Below the pieces are notes generated by a model. The model saw nothing but the letters and a program-made list of their open reading frames with translations, was not told the origin of the DNA and made no database searches. Source: Treponemataceae bacterium (GTDB lineage Bacteria; Spirochaetota; Spirochaetia; Treponematales; Rectinemataceae). From it: DNA of 64,000 nt. The stretch lies in NCBI GenBank assembly GCA_963677895.2, contig CAXXGJ010000012.1, forward strand, positions 67,443-131,442, written 5' to 3'. Shown here piece after piece: positions 19,495-29,618 of the stretch. The first letter of the stretch is position 1; every line of letters begins with the position of its first letter. A program made the position numbers and the translations under genes.

Positions 19495-20094
19495 TCACTG
19501 TACGGCTATCATGCCGGAAAAGCCGATGAACGCCATGGCCATGAAGCCGATGGTGATGAGGGTGATGCCCGTGCCCTTCAGGCCCGCGGGGATGGCGTTG
19601 TTCTTGTCCAGCTTCATGCGGATGGAGGCGAGGAGCATGATCGACAGCCACCAGCCGGCGCCCGATCCGAAGCCGAAAACGACGGCCTGGACGAAATTGT
19701 AATTGCGGATCTGCATGAAGAGGATGACGCCCAGGACGGCGCAGTTGACCGTGATCAGCGGGAGGAAAATGCCGAGGGCCAGGTACAGCGAAGGCGAATA
19801 CCGGTCGATGAGCATCTCCAGCATCTGCACGACGCCTGCTATCACGATGATGAAAATGATGAAGGAGAGATACTCGATCCCGAGGGGCTTGATGACGAAA
19901 TACAGCACCGCCCAGCAGATCGCCGAGCATAGTCCAATGACCATGGTGACGGCTATGCCCAGGCCCATCGAACTCTTGAAGTCCTTGGAAATCGAAATGA
20001 AGGAGCAGGTCCCCAGAAAGTTGGCGAGGAGGATATTGCTCGTGAGAATGCTCGCGAGGAAAAGCGAAAGTAAACCTACATTGGGTGCGTTCAT
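19495..20094 (-). CDS. NqrE/RnfA-family membrane subunit
   Basis: NILLANFLGTC, LGIFLPLITVNCAVLG, G.GITLI..G.MAMAF.GFSG. Confidence 0.9.
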   Translation of the reverse strand: MNAPNVGLLSLFLASILTSNILLANFLGTCSFISISKDFKSSMGLGIAVTMVIGLCSAICWAVLYFVIKPLGIEYLSFIIFIIVIAGVVQMLEMLIDRYSPSLYLALGIFLPLITVNCAVLGVILFMQIRNYNFVQAVVFGFGSGAGWWLSIMLLASIRMKLDKNNAIPAGLKGTGITLITIGFMAMAFIGFSGMIAVQ

Positions 20095-20095
20095 G

Positions 20096-20716
20096 TCACT
20101 TCGCTCCTTTCTTTTTCGCTTCGGCCTTGGCTTTGTAGGTGTTGGCGGCCCAGAGCGCCATGGCCACGAGGAAGAACGCGGATGGCGCCATCACCATGAT
20201 GGTCCAGGGCGTAAAGCCTTCGCCCATGAGCTTGATCCCGAAGAAAGAGCCGAAACCGAAGAATTCCCTGATGACGGCGATGCAGACGAGAACCCAGCCA
20301 TAGCCCAGGCCGTTCGCGATGCCGTCGAGGAAGGAGAGGCCGGGCTTGTTGGCCATCGCGAAGGCTTCCGCGCGGCCCATGAGAATGCAGTTCGTGATGA
20401 TGAGTCCGACATAGGGACCCAGCTGCTTCGAGATGGCGGGGGCGAATGCCCTGAGGAGAATATCGATGATGATGACGTAGAAGGAATGTATGAGGACCGT
20501 GATGATCATCCTCACCTTGCGGGGCATCCAGTCCTTGATGGCGGCGAGCGTGAGGCTGCCCATCGCCGTGGCGAAGGTGACGCCGAACACCATGATGAGC
20601 GTGTTGCGCAGATTGTTGGTGACGGCGAGGGTGGAGCAGATGCCCAGAACCTGGACGAAGATGGGAGTGTTCGTCCAGAGGCCGTCCTTCATCACTTTTT
20701 TTTGCGCTGTCGTCAT
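20096..20716 (-). CDS. NqrD/RnfE-family membrane subunit
   Basis: VQVLGICSTLAVT, VGLIITNCILMGRAEAFA, DG..NGLGY, APSAFF. Confidence 0.9.
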   Translation of the reverse strand: MTTAQKKVMKDGLWTNTPIFVQVLGICSTLAVTNNLRNTLIMVFGVTFATAMGSLTLAAIKDWMPRKVRMIITVLIHSFYVIIIDILLRAFAPAISKQLGPYVGLIITNCILMGRAEAFAMANKPGLSFLDGIANGLGYGWVLVCIAVIREFFGFGSFFGIKLMGEGFTPWTIMVMAPSAFFLVAMALWAANTYKAKAEAKKKGAK

Positions 20717-21342
20717 AGGCTGCCTCCGATCCGCTTGATCGCGGCGAGAGCCTTCGCCACGAGGATCTGGACGAAGTCCGAGGTCCGGCTCGCTCCCGTT
20801 ATCGCGTCGGCCTTCGAGTTTTCCTTGTCGGGATCGCCCTTTCCCGAGCCTTGAACGACGGTCACCTTCCCGTCGCTCCCGACTTTTTCGCCCTTGAACT
20901 GGTCCGTGAACCAGGCTTCCCCGATGCGGCCGCCCAGTCCGGGCGTTTCCTGCTGGTCGAGCATTTCCAGCCCTCGTATGCGCTCCGCCTTGGGATCGGC
21001 GGCCAGAATGGCGGTGATCGGCCCCCAGAGGCCGGGATTCGTGATTTTTACGGCCACGTAGGCGGCGCCGTCGATAGTGGAACTGTAGGCGGCCATGCCC
21101 GGCGCGGGTTCGGGGAGTTCCTTCACCTGGCTCGCGTAGGTGCTTTCCACCTCCGCTTTCGAGGTTGCCGGACCGGCCAGGTCAAAAGCCTTGAGGACGG
21201 CGTAATGGGACGCGTAGCTCTGGTTGGCCTTCACCTGCGGGAGGGTGATCTGGTTCGCCGCGGCGAGGAGGACGACGAAGGCCGAACAGACGACGAAGGT
21301 GAATACGATGACATAGCCGATGGATTCTTTCTTGAACTTCAT
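20713..21342 (-). CDS. NqrC/RnfG-family FMN-binding subunit
   Basis: Start MKFKKES; N-terminal TM; GLWGPI, QETPGLGGRI...WF..QF.G, flavinylation motif DAITGASRTS. Confidence 0.88.
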   Translation of the reverse strand: MKFKKESIGYVIVFTFVVCSAFVVLLAAANQITLPQVKANQSYASHYAVLKAFDLAGPATSKAEVESTYASQVKELPEPAPGMAAYSSTIDGAAYVAVKITNPGLWGPITAILAADPKAERIRGLEMLDQQETPGLGGRIGEAWFTDQFKGEKVGSDGKVTVVQGSGKGDPDKENSKADAITGASRTSDFVQILVAKALAAIKRIGGSL

Positions 21343-22265
21343 GCGGCGCTCCCCTTTTTCTCCGCGACGGCCGGCTTTTTCATCGAATCGACGGCGATGT
21401 CGATGAGGCTCGCGAAGGTATTGCCGAAGAGGATGGCAAAACTCGTGCCTTCCGGGAAGGCGGAGAAGGTGCGGACGACAACGACGGTGATGCCGATCAG
21501 TGCGCCGTAGACGTAATGGGAAGGCTGGCGCTTGGGCGCAGAGATGGGATCGGTGGCCATGAAAACGGTGACGAAGAGGAAGGAGCCGGCGAGAAGGCTC
21601 TCCATGGGGAGGGCCTGATGGACGCCGCCGTAATAGAGAGCCGCGTTGAGGGCGGCGGCGGCGGCGATCGAAGATAGGATGATGCGCCAGCTGGCCGTCT
21701 TGGTGGCGATGAGGTAGATCGCCGCCGCGCCCACGAGGAGCGCCATTCCCTCGCCCATGGCCCCCGGGCGTTGGCCGAGCAGGAGGTTCAGGATGTCGAC
21801 GCTTTGGCCTGAGCGCATGAGGCCGAGAGGAGTAGCCGAAGCCACGACATCGGCCGCGCCGAAGCCGAATTCCCCAAACGTGGAATAGGAAGCCGAGAGC
21901 ACGACGGCGAAGGATATATACACGAAGGTTCGTCCCGCTATCGCCGGATTGAAGATATTCTTGCCGAAGCCGCCGTAGACGCTCTTGGCGAGGGCTGTGG
22001 CAAAGACGATGCCTACGCCTAGAATCCAGAGCGGCGTCCTGGGCGGAAAGGCTAGGGCATAGAGGGCGCAGGTGATCAGGATGGCTTCGCTTACTTTTCC
22101 CGATTTTTTCCGCTCGAAGACCCACTCGGTGCCGATGCCCAGGATAAAGACCACGGCCGCCGAAAGAAGGACTTTATAGCCATACATCCAAATAGAGTAG
22201 AGGTAGATCGGCACGAGAGCGTACAGGACTCTGCGCATCATCGGCTGTTTCAGGAACTTCACCAT
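21339..22265 (-). CDS. NqrB/RnfD-family membrane subunit (short, 308 aa)
   Basis: K.VYGGFGKNIFNPA..GR, SATPL flavinylation site, GAMGE, FMATDPISAP, PEG..FAIL.GN. Confidence 0.9.
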   Translation of the reverse strand: MVKFLKQPMMRRVLYALVPIYLYSIWMYGYKVLLSAAVVFILGIGTEWVFERKKSGKVSEAILITCALYALAFPPRTPLWILGVGIVFATALAKSVYGGFGKNIFNPAIAGRTFVYISFAVVLSASYSTFGEFGFGAADVVASATPLGLMRSGQSVDILNLLLGQRPGAMGEGMALLVGAAAIYLIATKTASWRIILSSIAAAAALNAALYYGGVHQALPMESLLAGSFLFVTVFMATDPISAPKRQPSHYVYGALIGITVVVVRTFSAFPEGTSFAILFGNTFASLIDIAVDSMKKPAVAEKKGSAA

Positions 22266-22437
22266 GGCTGAGCTCCTCCTTTACGTAGAGTAGTATAGGC
22301 AATCGCCATTTGCAATTTGTAAATCGACCGTAATTTCGATTAATCGACGCGGATTTTCATCTCCGAGCCTAGGGCGGAAGGTTTTTCCGCTTGACCCCCA
22401 AACCGTTAGCGGCAAGAATCCCATGGGGAGAGAAAGC

Positions 22438-23112
22438 ATGGAAACCATTCTGTCATTCGATGAGGACGCAAGTCTGGACGGGCTGCGAATAGGACTCGTG
22501 GAAGCGAGAGGCATTCGCTGGGCCGCGACGCCGGCCGGCGGGCAATTCCTTGCCGCCATCGCGGAAGCGAAAACGAGAGGGGAGGCCCTCATTACCCCCA
22601 CCCGCAAATCCGCCGTGCGCGCCATGCTTCGTTACGGCGCCTACAAACCCGCCGGCCGCGGCAAGCCATCGAGCGAGTATCTCCTCCAGGCAGCCCTCGA
22701 CGACGACTTCCCCGCGGTCAACCCCTTCGTCGACGCGGCCAACATCGTCAGCCTTCTTTCGGGCTATCCCATCAGCATCCTGGACCTGGACAAGTCCGGT
22801 TTCCGCCTCCTCCTGCGAAGGGGAAGGACAGGCGAGAACTACGTCTTCAATGCCGGCGGCCAGACCATCGAACTCGCCGACCTCCTCTGCGTCTGCAGGC
22901 AGGAGGGCGAAGGCTTCTTCCCTACCGCCAACCCGGTCAGGGATTCCATGGCCACGAAAATCTTCCCCGGCGCCCAAGCCGTCGCCGCCGTACTATACGC
23001 GCCCGCCGGAGCCGAAGGCCGGGACCTCGAATCGGCCTGCGCGAAACTCGCGGCCTATCTCGGGGAATCGGCCGAAAGCGCGGAATGGAGCGTAGTGGAA
23101 GCCGAACGCTAG
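22438..23112 (+). CDS. B3/B4 (PheRS beta-like tRNA-editing) domain protein
   Basis: YKPAGRGKPSSEYL, VNPFVDAANIVSL.SGYPISILD; start placed at METIL after GGAGAG, downstream of TTGACC-17-AAGAAT. Confidence 0.75.
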   Translation: METILSFDEDASLDGLRIGLVEARGIRWAATPAGGQFLAAIAEAKTRGEALITPTRKSAVRAMLRYGAYKPAGRGKPSSEYLLQAALDDDFPAVNPFVDAANIVSLLSGYPISILDLDKSGFRLLLRRGRTGENYVFNAGGQTIELADLLCVCRQEGEGFFPTANPVRDSMATKIFPGAQAVAAVLYAPAGAEGRDLESACAKLAAYLGESAESAEWSVVEAER

Positions 23113-23146
23113 ACCTTCGGGGCTTTCCTCGATACCATTCGCCCCA

Positions 23147-24187
23147 ATGGAAATGATGGATTCGAGCGACGAAAACCTCAGGAGGGCGGGAGCGGCCATA
23201 GCGGCGGGCAAGCTTGTCGTTATCCCCACCGAGACCGTCTACGGCCTTGGCGCCGACGCCTTCAACCCGGACGCCGTCGCGCGGGTTTTCGAAGCCAAGA
23301 GACGCCCCGCCTTCGATCCGCTCATCATCCATATATCCAAACTCGACGATATCGAACGCATCGCGACCTCCTTTCCGCCCAAGGCCCGGCTTCTGGCCGA
23401 AGCGCTCTGGCCCGGCCCCCTCACCATGATTTTACCCAAACGCCCCGAGGTACCCGATATCGTCACTTCCGGCCTGGACACGGCGGCCGTGCGCTTCCCG
23501 GTCCATCCCGTCGCGCGGAAAATCATCGAATATTCCGGCACCGTGGTGGCGGCGCCCAGCGCCAATCCCTTCGGTTACATATCGCCCACGACCGCGCAGC
23601 ACGTGGCCAAAACCCTCGGCGATCGCGTGGATTTCATTGTTGATGGAGGACCTTGCGCCGTGGGCGTCGAATCGACCGTCATCGACATGACCCGCGATAT
23701 CCCGGCCGTACTGCGGCCCGGCGGCATGCCTCTGGAGCGAATCCGCGACATCATCGGCGAAGTGCTGATTCCCGGAAAGAAAGGCGGACCCATAGCCAGT
23801 CCTGGCCAGCTAAAGAGCCATTACGCGCCTCACGCGACCCTCTACCTGCACCCGTGGAATTCCCTGCCCTACGCGCTTCGACAGACCTCGCCCGACGCCG
23901 TCGCGGCCGATCCGTCCGCCGCACCTGAGGTGGCCCTCAGCGCCGCTCCCATGGCCGCCATCGTCTTCGACGCGTCCCGCGCCTCCATCCTGGCGGAATC
24001 GGGACTTTTCAGGCGAATCGGCGTGCTTTCCGAGCGCGGTGACATGAGAGAAGCCGCTTCGCGGCTTTTCGCCCTTCTTCACGAACTCGACGCCGCAGGC
24101 TTCGAGATTATCCACGCGGAACGCGTTCCCGAGGAAGGTTTAGGGCGAGCTATCAATGATCGGCTATATCGCGCATCGAAAAAGTAG
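23147..24187 (+). CDS. sua5: L-threonylcarbamoyladenylate synthase (Sua5/TsaC with SUA5 domain)
   Basis: PTETVYGLGADA, AK.RP...PLI.H, WPGPLT, AAPSAN, GVESTV, PGQL..HYAP, GLG.AINDRL. Confidence 0.93.
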   Translation: MEMMDSSDENLRRAGAAIAAGKLVVIPTETVYGLGADAFNPDAVARVFEAKRRPAFDPLIIHISKLDDIERIATSFPPKARLLAEALWPGPLTMILPKRPEVPDIVTSGLDTAAVRFPVHPVARKIIEYSGTVVAAPSANPFGYISPTTAQHVAKTLGDRVDFIVDGGPCAVGVESTVIDMTRDIPAVLRPGGMPLERIRDIIGEVLIPGKKGGPIASPGQLKSHYAPHATLYLHPWNSLPYALRQTSPDAVAADPSAAPEVALSAAPMAAIVFDASRASILAESGLFRRIGVLSERGDMREAASRLFALLHELDAAGFEIIHAERVPEEGLGRAINDRLYRASKK

Positions 24188-24271
24188 AGTATTCTTCTCA
24201 CGATGGACGATTTATATTTAAAATCCTTGTGATCAGGTAAAGCACTTTTCGGGACTGACATAGGAAATTAC

Positions 24272-25816
24272 ATGGATGGAATAAGAATTGTCGTCACATC
24301 ATTGCTTCTCAGCTCATGCATGGCCATCGCCGCCATCTGCGTACTCGCGCTCCGGAAACGATCGACATCGGGCTTGGCCGCGATTTTCCTGGCCCTTTGC
24401 GGGCTGAGCGCGGCGGTATACGACTTCGGCTACGCGATGGAAATTCGCGCGACGACGCTGCCCAGCGTCCTTTTCTGGGTTCGTTTCCAGCATTGGGGCA
24501 TCCAGTCGATCCCCATGCTCTGGCTCCTGTTCACGCTTTGCATCATAGGGAAAAATAAACTCGTCACCCCGCTTTTCTGCGTTTTGATATCCATTTTGCC
24601 GCTTGCCGCCCTCGCCGCTTCCCAGACCCTAGGCGGGCTCAACCTGCTTCATCCGAACCCTCATCTGGGGAGCGGAGACATGATCTCCCTCTTCCAGTAC
24701 GACAGGGGATGGGCCATATATCTTGTGACGGCAGTCCAGAGCATGTACCTCCTGACAAGCGCCATCCTCTTGGTCGGCGTGCTGATCCTTGGCGTTCCGG
24801 TGCCTCGCCCGCAGACACTCATCTACCTGGCGGGCTTCCTTCTGCCATGGTTTAACGGCCTCGCCTACAATATGGGGCTGATTCCCTATAATCTGGATTC
24901 CACGCCCCTGGTCTTGAGCATAAGCATGGTGCTTTTCATGATCGGTTTCCTCAAGGTCGGAATGCTCGACATAGCGCCGCTGGCTCGGGACGTGATCTTC
25001 GAGGGTACGAATGACGGAATCCTGGTAATAGACCGTCATAGCCGGATCACCGATTTCAACACCTGCATGAAGTCCATAATGCCCTTCCTCGACAGGTCCA
25101 AGACGGGCGTTCCGGCCCGGACCGTTTTGGCGAATTACGGCACCTTGTGGGAGTTGCTGGACCATGAACTGCCGGCCGTGATCGAGTTCCAGCCGGATTT
25201 TGAATCCGATAAACGCATCTTCCGCGTATCCTCCGCCATTCTTCGAGGCAAATCGAACAAAGATCTCGGCAAGCTCCTGACCTTTCACGATGTGACGGAG
25301 ATGAAAGAGCTCCAGCGGCGCCTCGAATTCCTTGCGATCCACGACGAGCTCACCGGGCTGTACAATCGCCGATATCTCAATGAATTCGCGTCCCGTGAAA
25401 TAGAAAAGGCAAAGCGTACCGGCGGAGAATTTTCGATGTTCATGCTGGATCTGGATCATTTCAAGCTTGTCAACGACACCTTCGGTCACGCCGGCGGCGA
25501 TCAGGCCCTTATCGCCATCGCCAAGGTCTGCAGGAGAGTGGTAAGGGAAACCGATGTCGTGGGGCGTTTCGGCGGCGAGGAAATCCTGGTCCTGCTTCCG
25601 GATACCGCGGCTTCCACGGCTCGCGATATCGCCGAAAAAATGTGCGGCGCGATAGAAGCCAGCCCGATTTCCTTCGAGGGAGAAAAAATATTCCTTACGG
25701 CGAGTTTTGGCGTTACATCGATGAGCCCGTCCTGCGATACGCTGAAGGCTATTCTCATATCCGTCGACAGGGCGCTCTATAAGGCTAAGACTTCAGGCAG
25801 AAACCGCGTCTGTTAG
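24272..25816 (+). CDS. Diguanylate cyclase with N-terminal 7TM (HisKA_7TM-like) and PAS-like domains
   Basis: Seven hydrophobic segments; HDELTGLYNRR, DLDHFK.VND.FGH..GD, RETD I-site, GRFGGEE. Confidence 0.9.
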   Translation: MDGIRIVVTSLLLSSCMAIAAICVLALRKRSTSGLAAIFLALCGLSAAVYDFGYAMEIRATTLPSVLFWVRFQHWGIQSIPMLWLLFTLCIIGKNKLVTPLFCVLISILPLAALAASQTLGGLNLLHPNPHLGSGDMISLFQYDRGWAIYLVTAVQSMYLLTSAILLVGVLILGVPVPRPQTLIYLAGFLLPWFNGLAYNMGLIPYNLDSTPLVLSISMVLFMIGFLKVGMLDIAPLARDVIFEGTNDGILVIDRHSRITDFNTCMKSIMPFLDRSKTGVPARTVLANYGTLWELLDHELPAVIEFQPDFESDKRIFRVSSAILRGKSNKDLGKLLTFHDVTEMKELQRRLEFLAIHDELTGLYNRRYLNEFASREIEKAKRTGGEFSMFMLDLDHFKLVNDTFGHAGGDQALIAIAKVCRRVVRETDVVGRFGGEEILVLLPDTAASTARDIAEKMCGAIEASPISFEGEKIFLTASFGVTSMSPSCDTLKAILISVDRALYKAKTSGRNRVC

Positions 25817-25846
25817 GCCGAATCCCACTTTCGAATCATGATTCCC

Positions 25847-28435
25847 TCACATCGCGTCGCCGCGGCCAGCCCGGGGCGGCATCAGGTTGTCCAAGTCCTC
25901 CGGTTCCGCCGGGGGATTCTCCAGCGGTTTGGCCTCGACGAGATAGTCGAGAAGAGGCAGCGCCGCGATTCCGTATTGGATTTTCCCGAAGGCGAGGGTG
26001 GCCTGGATGATGTTTTTCGCGTACTGCCGAGGCTGGGCGAGATGGAGCGTTTCCAGGAGGATGTCGTCGGGAAGTTCGCCCGATTCCTTGGTCCAGGCTA
26101 TCATGCGGCTGGGGCCGGCGTTGTAGGCGAACATCGCGCGCATGGGCTTGCGGCCGAAACGGGCCAGCATATACGAGTAATAGGTGAATCCAATCCTGAC
26201 ATTGTCAGCCGGATCGGTAAGGGAATAGTTCTGCAGCTTGAGGCCGGAAGCCGTTTCGGCCGCCGTCGAGGGCATGAGCTGCGAGAGCCCGACGGCTCCC
26301 GCGTAGGAGACCGCTTTGGGATCGAAAACGCTTTCCGACCTGATGATGCCGTAGGCGAGGGCTTCGGGTATTCCCGATATGGCGGCGCCCTTGGCGACGA
26401 TGTCATTCCAGGCTTTTGGATAGACAAGTCCGTACAGTTCGGGATATTGGCTGCCGGCGCCGCGGTTCACCGCGTCGCGCGCCAGCCTCAGCGCCGCGTA
26501 ATGCTGGCCTTCCTTGGAAAGGTCAAAGGCCAGCCCCGCGATCACGGCCTTGTCGAGGCTGCCGAGATAGTTCATCGCGAGGGAGGAAGCCATTTCGTCC
26601 AGATTGTAGTTGAGGTAATTCCTGATCAGGGAAAGGGCCGACTGAATGCCATTGCCGTTTATCCCCGCGTTTCCGTTCCCGGTCGTCGCCGTCGCCGCCG
26701 CGTAGGCCGCCTCGGGCGAGGCCGGCCTGGCGCCGGCGACACCTTCTCCGGGATTTTTCGCCGACAGATCCGGCATTTGTTTCAGGTAAGGCGGGTCGAT
26801 GCCCAGGCGCCACGCCGACATGGTCCTGTAATATTCCTCAGCGTCGGGATTATCCAGAATCTGGCGGAAATACCCGGCGGCGAGATCTTTTTCCGGCGAA
26901 TCGGCAGTGCGGTTGAGAGCGAGCCTCTCCTCGATGAGCCTCCCCGCCTGGTATAAAAGCCTCGTCTTCATGTCGGGCGATATCTTGTCGCCTATGAGGA
27001 TGAGGAGCGAAAGCACGTCGTTCCAGGATTTTCCCTTCAGCAGAAGCCTGTCGTAGGATTCGACGATATCGTCGAAGTACGCGGGATTCTTCCATCGCGC
27101 CGACGCCTCGAGCAGGGCGCCCAACTCGAGCGAGCGCCTCGCGCTGGGGCCAGGCTCCAGGGACGCGGCCGCGCTCCCCGCGCCGTTCGTATCCGCGGCG
27201 CCGTTCACGCCCGCGGCCGCGGCGCTCCCCGCGTCGAAGGTGGCGATGTCGTCGGCGGCTATGCGCTTCATCGTGATGTCGAGCCAGTACCAGAGTGCGC
27301 CGTCGGCGTCGGCCGCCGATGGAGCGCTGTCGGTGAGCGCCAGAAAGAGAATGGCCGCGTTCTGCGGGCGATCGGCGGAAAGCCAGAGCCTGGCGAGATA
27401 ATAGGCGGCTACCCAGAGCCTTTCCTCGGATTTTTTCGCCGCGAGCGCGGATACGATAGCCTCGGGGCTGTCCGGCGCCTGTACGTCAGGGAAGAACGAC
27501 AGGAAGAAAGCGATGCCTTCTTCCTTGGCGCCGGCGTTGACGTAAGCCTTGCCCGCCTCCGAGATGAGGAAACGCGCCGTTCCCGGCTCATGCAGAAGCC
27601 TGCCCGCGCCCGTGGCGTGCGCGGCGGCTTGGATATATTCCTTTTCCCTGAAATCCGCGCGCATGAGGACGAGTTCTATAGTCTCGAGGTCCAGATCGGG
27701 CGCCGACGCGGCGAGGCGCAGTATTTTCGCGCCCCAGGAATCGAGCGAAGCGGTTTTAAGATAGGCTAAGGCCGCCTTGCTCCAGGAAAAATCGCCGAGC
27801 GCGGCGCGAGCCGAATATTCGTAGAAAGCGAGTTCGCCGATTTTGGTTTTCGCGATCGAAGGGGAGACCGCGCGCAGCGTCTCTATCGTTTCAATCGCGC
27901 ATGCGTAATCACCGGATTCCATGCAGGTGGTGATGAGGGTTCTGAAGATTTCCCAATCCGGCCCGAAGTAATTCAGCCAAAAGGAGGCGATGGCCTTTAT
28001 CGGTGCGGGCGCCGTGGCCTTCACCGCGCGCTGGAGCAGCGCCTTGCCCGCTTCCCTCGCCGCCACCTTCTCGCCGAAATGGAAGGCGAGGGTATACATC
28101 GCCTCTATCGAGGCCTGCTGTTCCGGATCGGCCGCTCCGTCCTGCTCAAGCTTCTTGGCCTCGTAATACCAGGCTTCCGCTCCCATGCCTTCCTGGGTCA
28201 GGGGTAATGCGTCGAAAATCGGGACCTGCCCTTCCTCGACGCCAGTCGCCGGGATCGCGACGATATCCTGGACCGGAGCGACATCCTGGGCTGCGGAAGT
28301 TTCCTGGGCCGGAACGCTATCCTGGGCCGACAGCCTGAGGATGCCCATCCCCGACGCCAGAAAGATGACGAGGAAGGTCGAGGAGAAAAGCCGTTTCAAG
28401 ACGGCTGCCTTTGCGTAAGCTGTCTGGATCATCAT
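25847..28435 (-). CDS. Large lytic transglycosylase (helical N-terminal region + SLT domain)
   Basis: IIRSESVF...AVSYAGAVGLSQLMPSTA, AYNAGP; N-terminal signal/TM. Confidence 0.88.
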   Translation of the reverse strand: MMIQTAYAKAAVLKRLFSSTFLVIFLASGMGILRLSAQDSVPAQETSAAQDVAPVQDIVAIPATGVEEGQVPIFDALPLTQEGMGAEAWYYEAKKLEQDGAADPEQQASIEAMYTLAFHFGEKVAAREAGKALLQRAVKATAPAPIKAIASFWLNYFGPDWEIFRTLITTCMESGDYACAIETIETLRAVSPSIAKTKIGELAFYEYSARAALGDFSWSKAALAYLKTASLDSWGAKILRLAASAPDLDLETIELVLMRADFREKEYIQAAAHATGAGRLLHEPGTARFLISEAGKAYVNAGAKEEGIAFFLSFFPDVQAPDSPEAIVSALAAKKSEERLWVAAYYLARLWLSADRPQNAAILFLALTDSAPSAADADGALWYWLDITMKRIAADDIATFDAGSAAAAGVNGAADTNGAGSAAASLEPGPSARRSLELGALLEASARWKNPAYFDDIVESYDRLLLKGKSWNDVLSLLILIGDKISPDMKTRLLYQAGRLIEERLALNRTADSPEKDLAAGYFRQILDNPDAEEYYRTMSAWRLGIDPPYLKQMPDLSAKNPGEGVAGARPASPEAAYAAATATTGNGNAGINGNGIQSALSLIRNYLNYNLDEMASSLAMNYLGSLDKAVIAGLAFDLSKEGQHYAALRLARDAVNRGAGSQYPELYGLVYPKAWNDIVAKGAAISGIPEALAYGIIRSESVFDPKAVSYAGAVGLSQLMPSTAAETASGLKLQNYSLTDPADNVRIGFTYYSYMLARFGRKPMRAMFAYNAGPSRMIAWTKESGELPDDILLETLHLAQPRQYAKNIIQATLAFGKIQYGIAALPLLDYLVEAKPLENPPAEPEDLDNLMPPRAGRGDAM

Positions 28436-28437
28436 AC

Positions 28438-29184
28438 TCAGCGGCGCGCTACCGCTACCAGGCTTTCGGCCTTTTCATCGTAGGGCCTTCCATCCAGGCC
28501 GCCGAAAATCTCCACGGAGGAAAAGCCCGCTTCCTTCATGGCCTTTTTCATCTCATACCCTGAATAAAGCCGAAGGACGAAGGATCGGTCTATGCAGGTA
28601 GTTCCCCGCTGAAGTATCCATCGGTTCCTTTCGCCTTCCCAGTCGCCCACCACCTCGTATTCGGTCTTTACCTTCCAACCGGCTCGCTCGAATTCCTCTC
28701 CCTTCATGAAATCCCTGGCGGCTAATTCCTTGCCTATCGTCTCCACGATGAGACAGCCGCCCGGGACGAGGTTTTTAGCGCAGTTGCCCAGCATGAGGAG
28801 ATCGTCCTCGCGCTTGGCGAAATAGCCGAAACTCGTGAACAGATTGATACAGAGATCGAAACCGCCGGTCCTCAGGAAGCGCCTGACATCTTCCCTGACG
28901 AATTCCGGGGAGACGCCGACGGCTTCGGCGGTTTCTTTCGCCGCCTCGAGGTACGCCTTCGTCAGATCGACGCCGGTCACCTCGAAACCGCGGCTCGCGA
29001 ATTCCACCGCATGCCGGCCCACGCCGCAGCAGAGGTCCAGGACTTTGGCGGCCTTGGCCGGGGAGGCAAGCTTGAGGATATTGTCGACGACGGTGGGCAC
29101 CTCGGCCCAGTGAGCCTCGTCGAACATGAGAGGAGCGTAGGTTATCCAGAATTCTTCATCTTCGAACCATTCAGGTATGCTCAA
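28438..29184 (-). CDS. Class I SAM-dependent methyltransferase
   Basis: VLDLCCGVGRH, VTGVD, FD...NLFTSFGYF, L.PGG. Confidence 0.9.
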   Translation of the reverse strand: MSIPEWFEDEEFWITYAPLMFDEAHWAEVPTVVDNILKLASPAKAAKVLDLCCGVGRHAVEFASRGFEVTGVDLTKAYLEAAKETAEAVGVSPEFVREDVRRFLRTGGFDLCINLFTSFGYFAKREDDLLMLGNCAKNLVPGGCLIVETIGKELAARDFMKGEEFERAGWKVKTEYEVVGDWEGERNRWILQRGTTCIDRSFVLRLYSGYEMKKAMKEAGFSSVEIFGGLDGRPYDEKAESLVAVARR

Positions 29185-29546
29185 AGCGCTTTATGCTCCA
29201 TGACAAGGGCCATGGCATAGGTAAGGACTTCCATATCCAGCTCGCCCGCGTCCGCGGAAAGCATATCGCGCAGTTCCTTCCATTCATCATCGGAGAGAGG
29301 GCTTGCGTCATAATCCTGGAGAAAGATGCCCGCCATGGCGACGAGCCACTCCGAAGCGTGGACGGCATCAACCTGCCGCTTGCTTTCGAAAGCGGAGAAT
29401 ATTTCATCCCTGGAGGATTGGGGGAGAAAGCCGAAATAGCGGTCGATGCAGGAGCCGTACAGCGCGGCGCGGGCGTTAGCCGGCAGCCTGTCCGCTTCCG
29501 CGAGAGAACGGAGAAGATCACTTCTCGTTTTTTCCGAAGGTTTCAT
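29181..29546 (-). CDS. Hypothetical protein
   Basis: Overlaps the methyltransferase start by 4 bp; typical codon usage. Confidence 0.65.
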   Translation of the reverse strand: MKPSEKTRSDLLRSLAEADRLPANARAALYGSCIDRYFGFLPQSSRDEIFSAFESKRQVDAVHASEWLVAMAGIFLQDYDASPLSDDEWKELRDMLSADAGELDMEVLTYAMALVMEHKAL

Positions 29547-29618
29547 CCTTACGAATATCGGCAGGAGAAGGGCGACACTTGACCTCGATAAATCCCGCGG
29601 GAAAAGACGCGACAGGAC

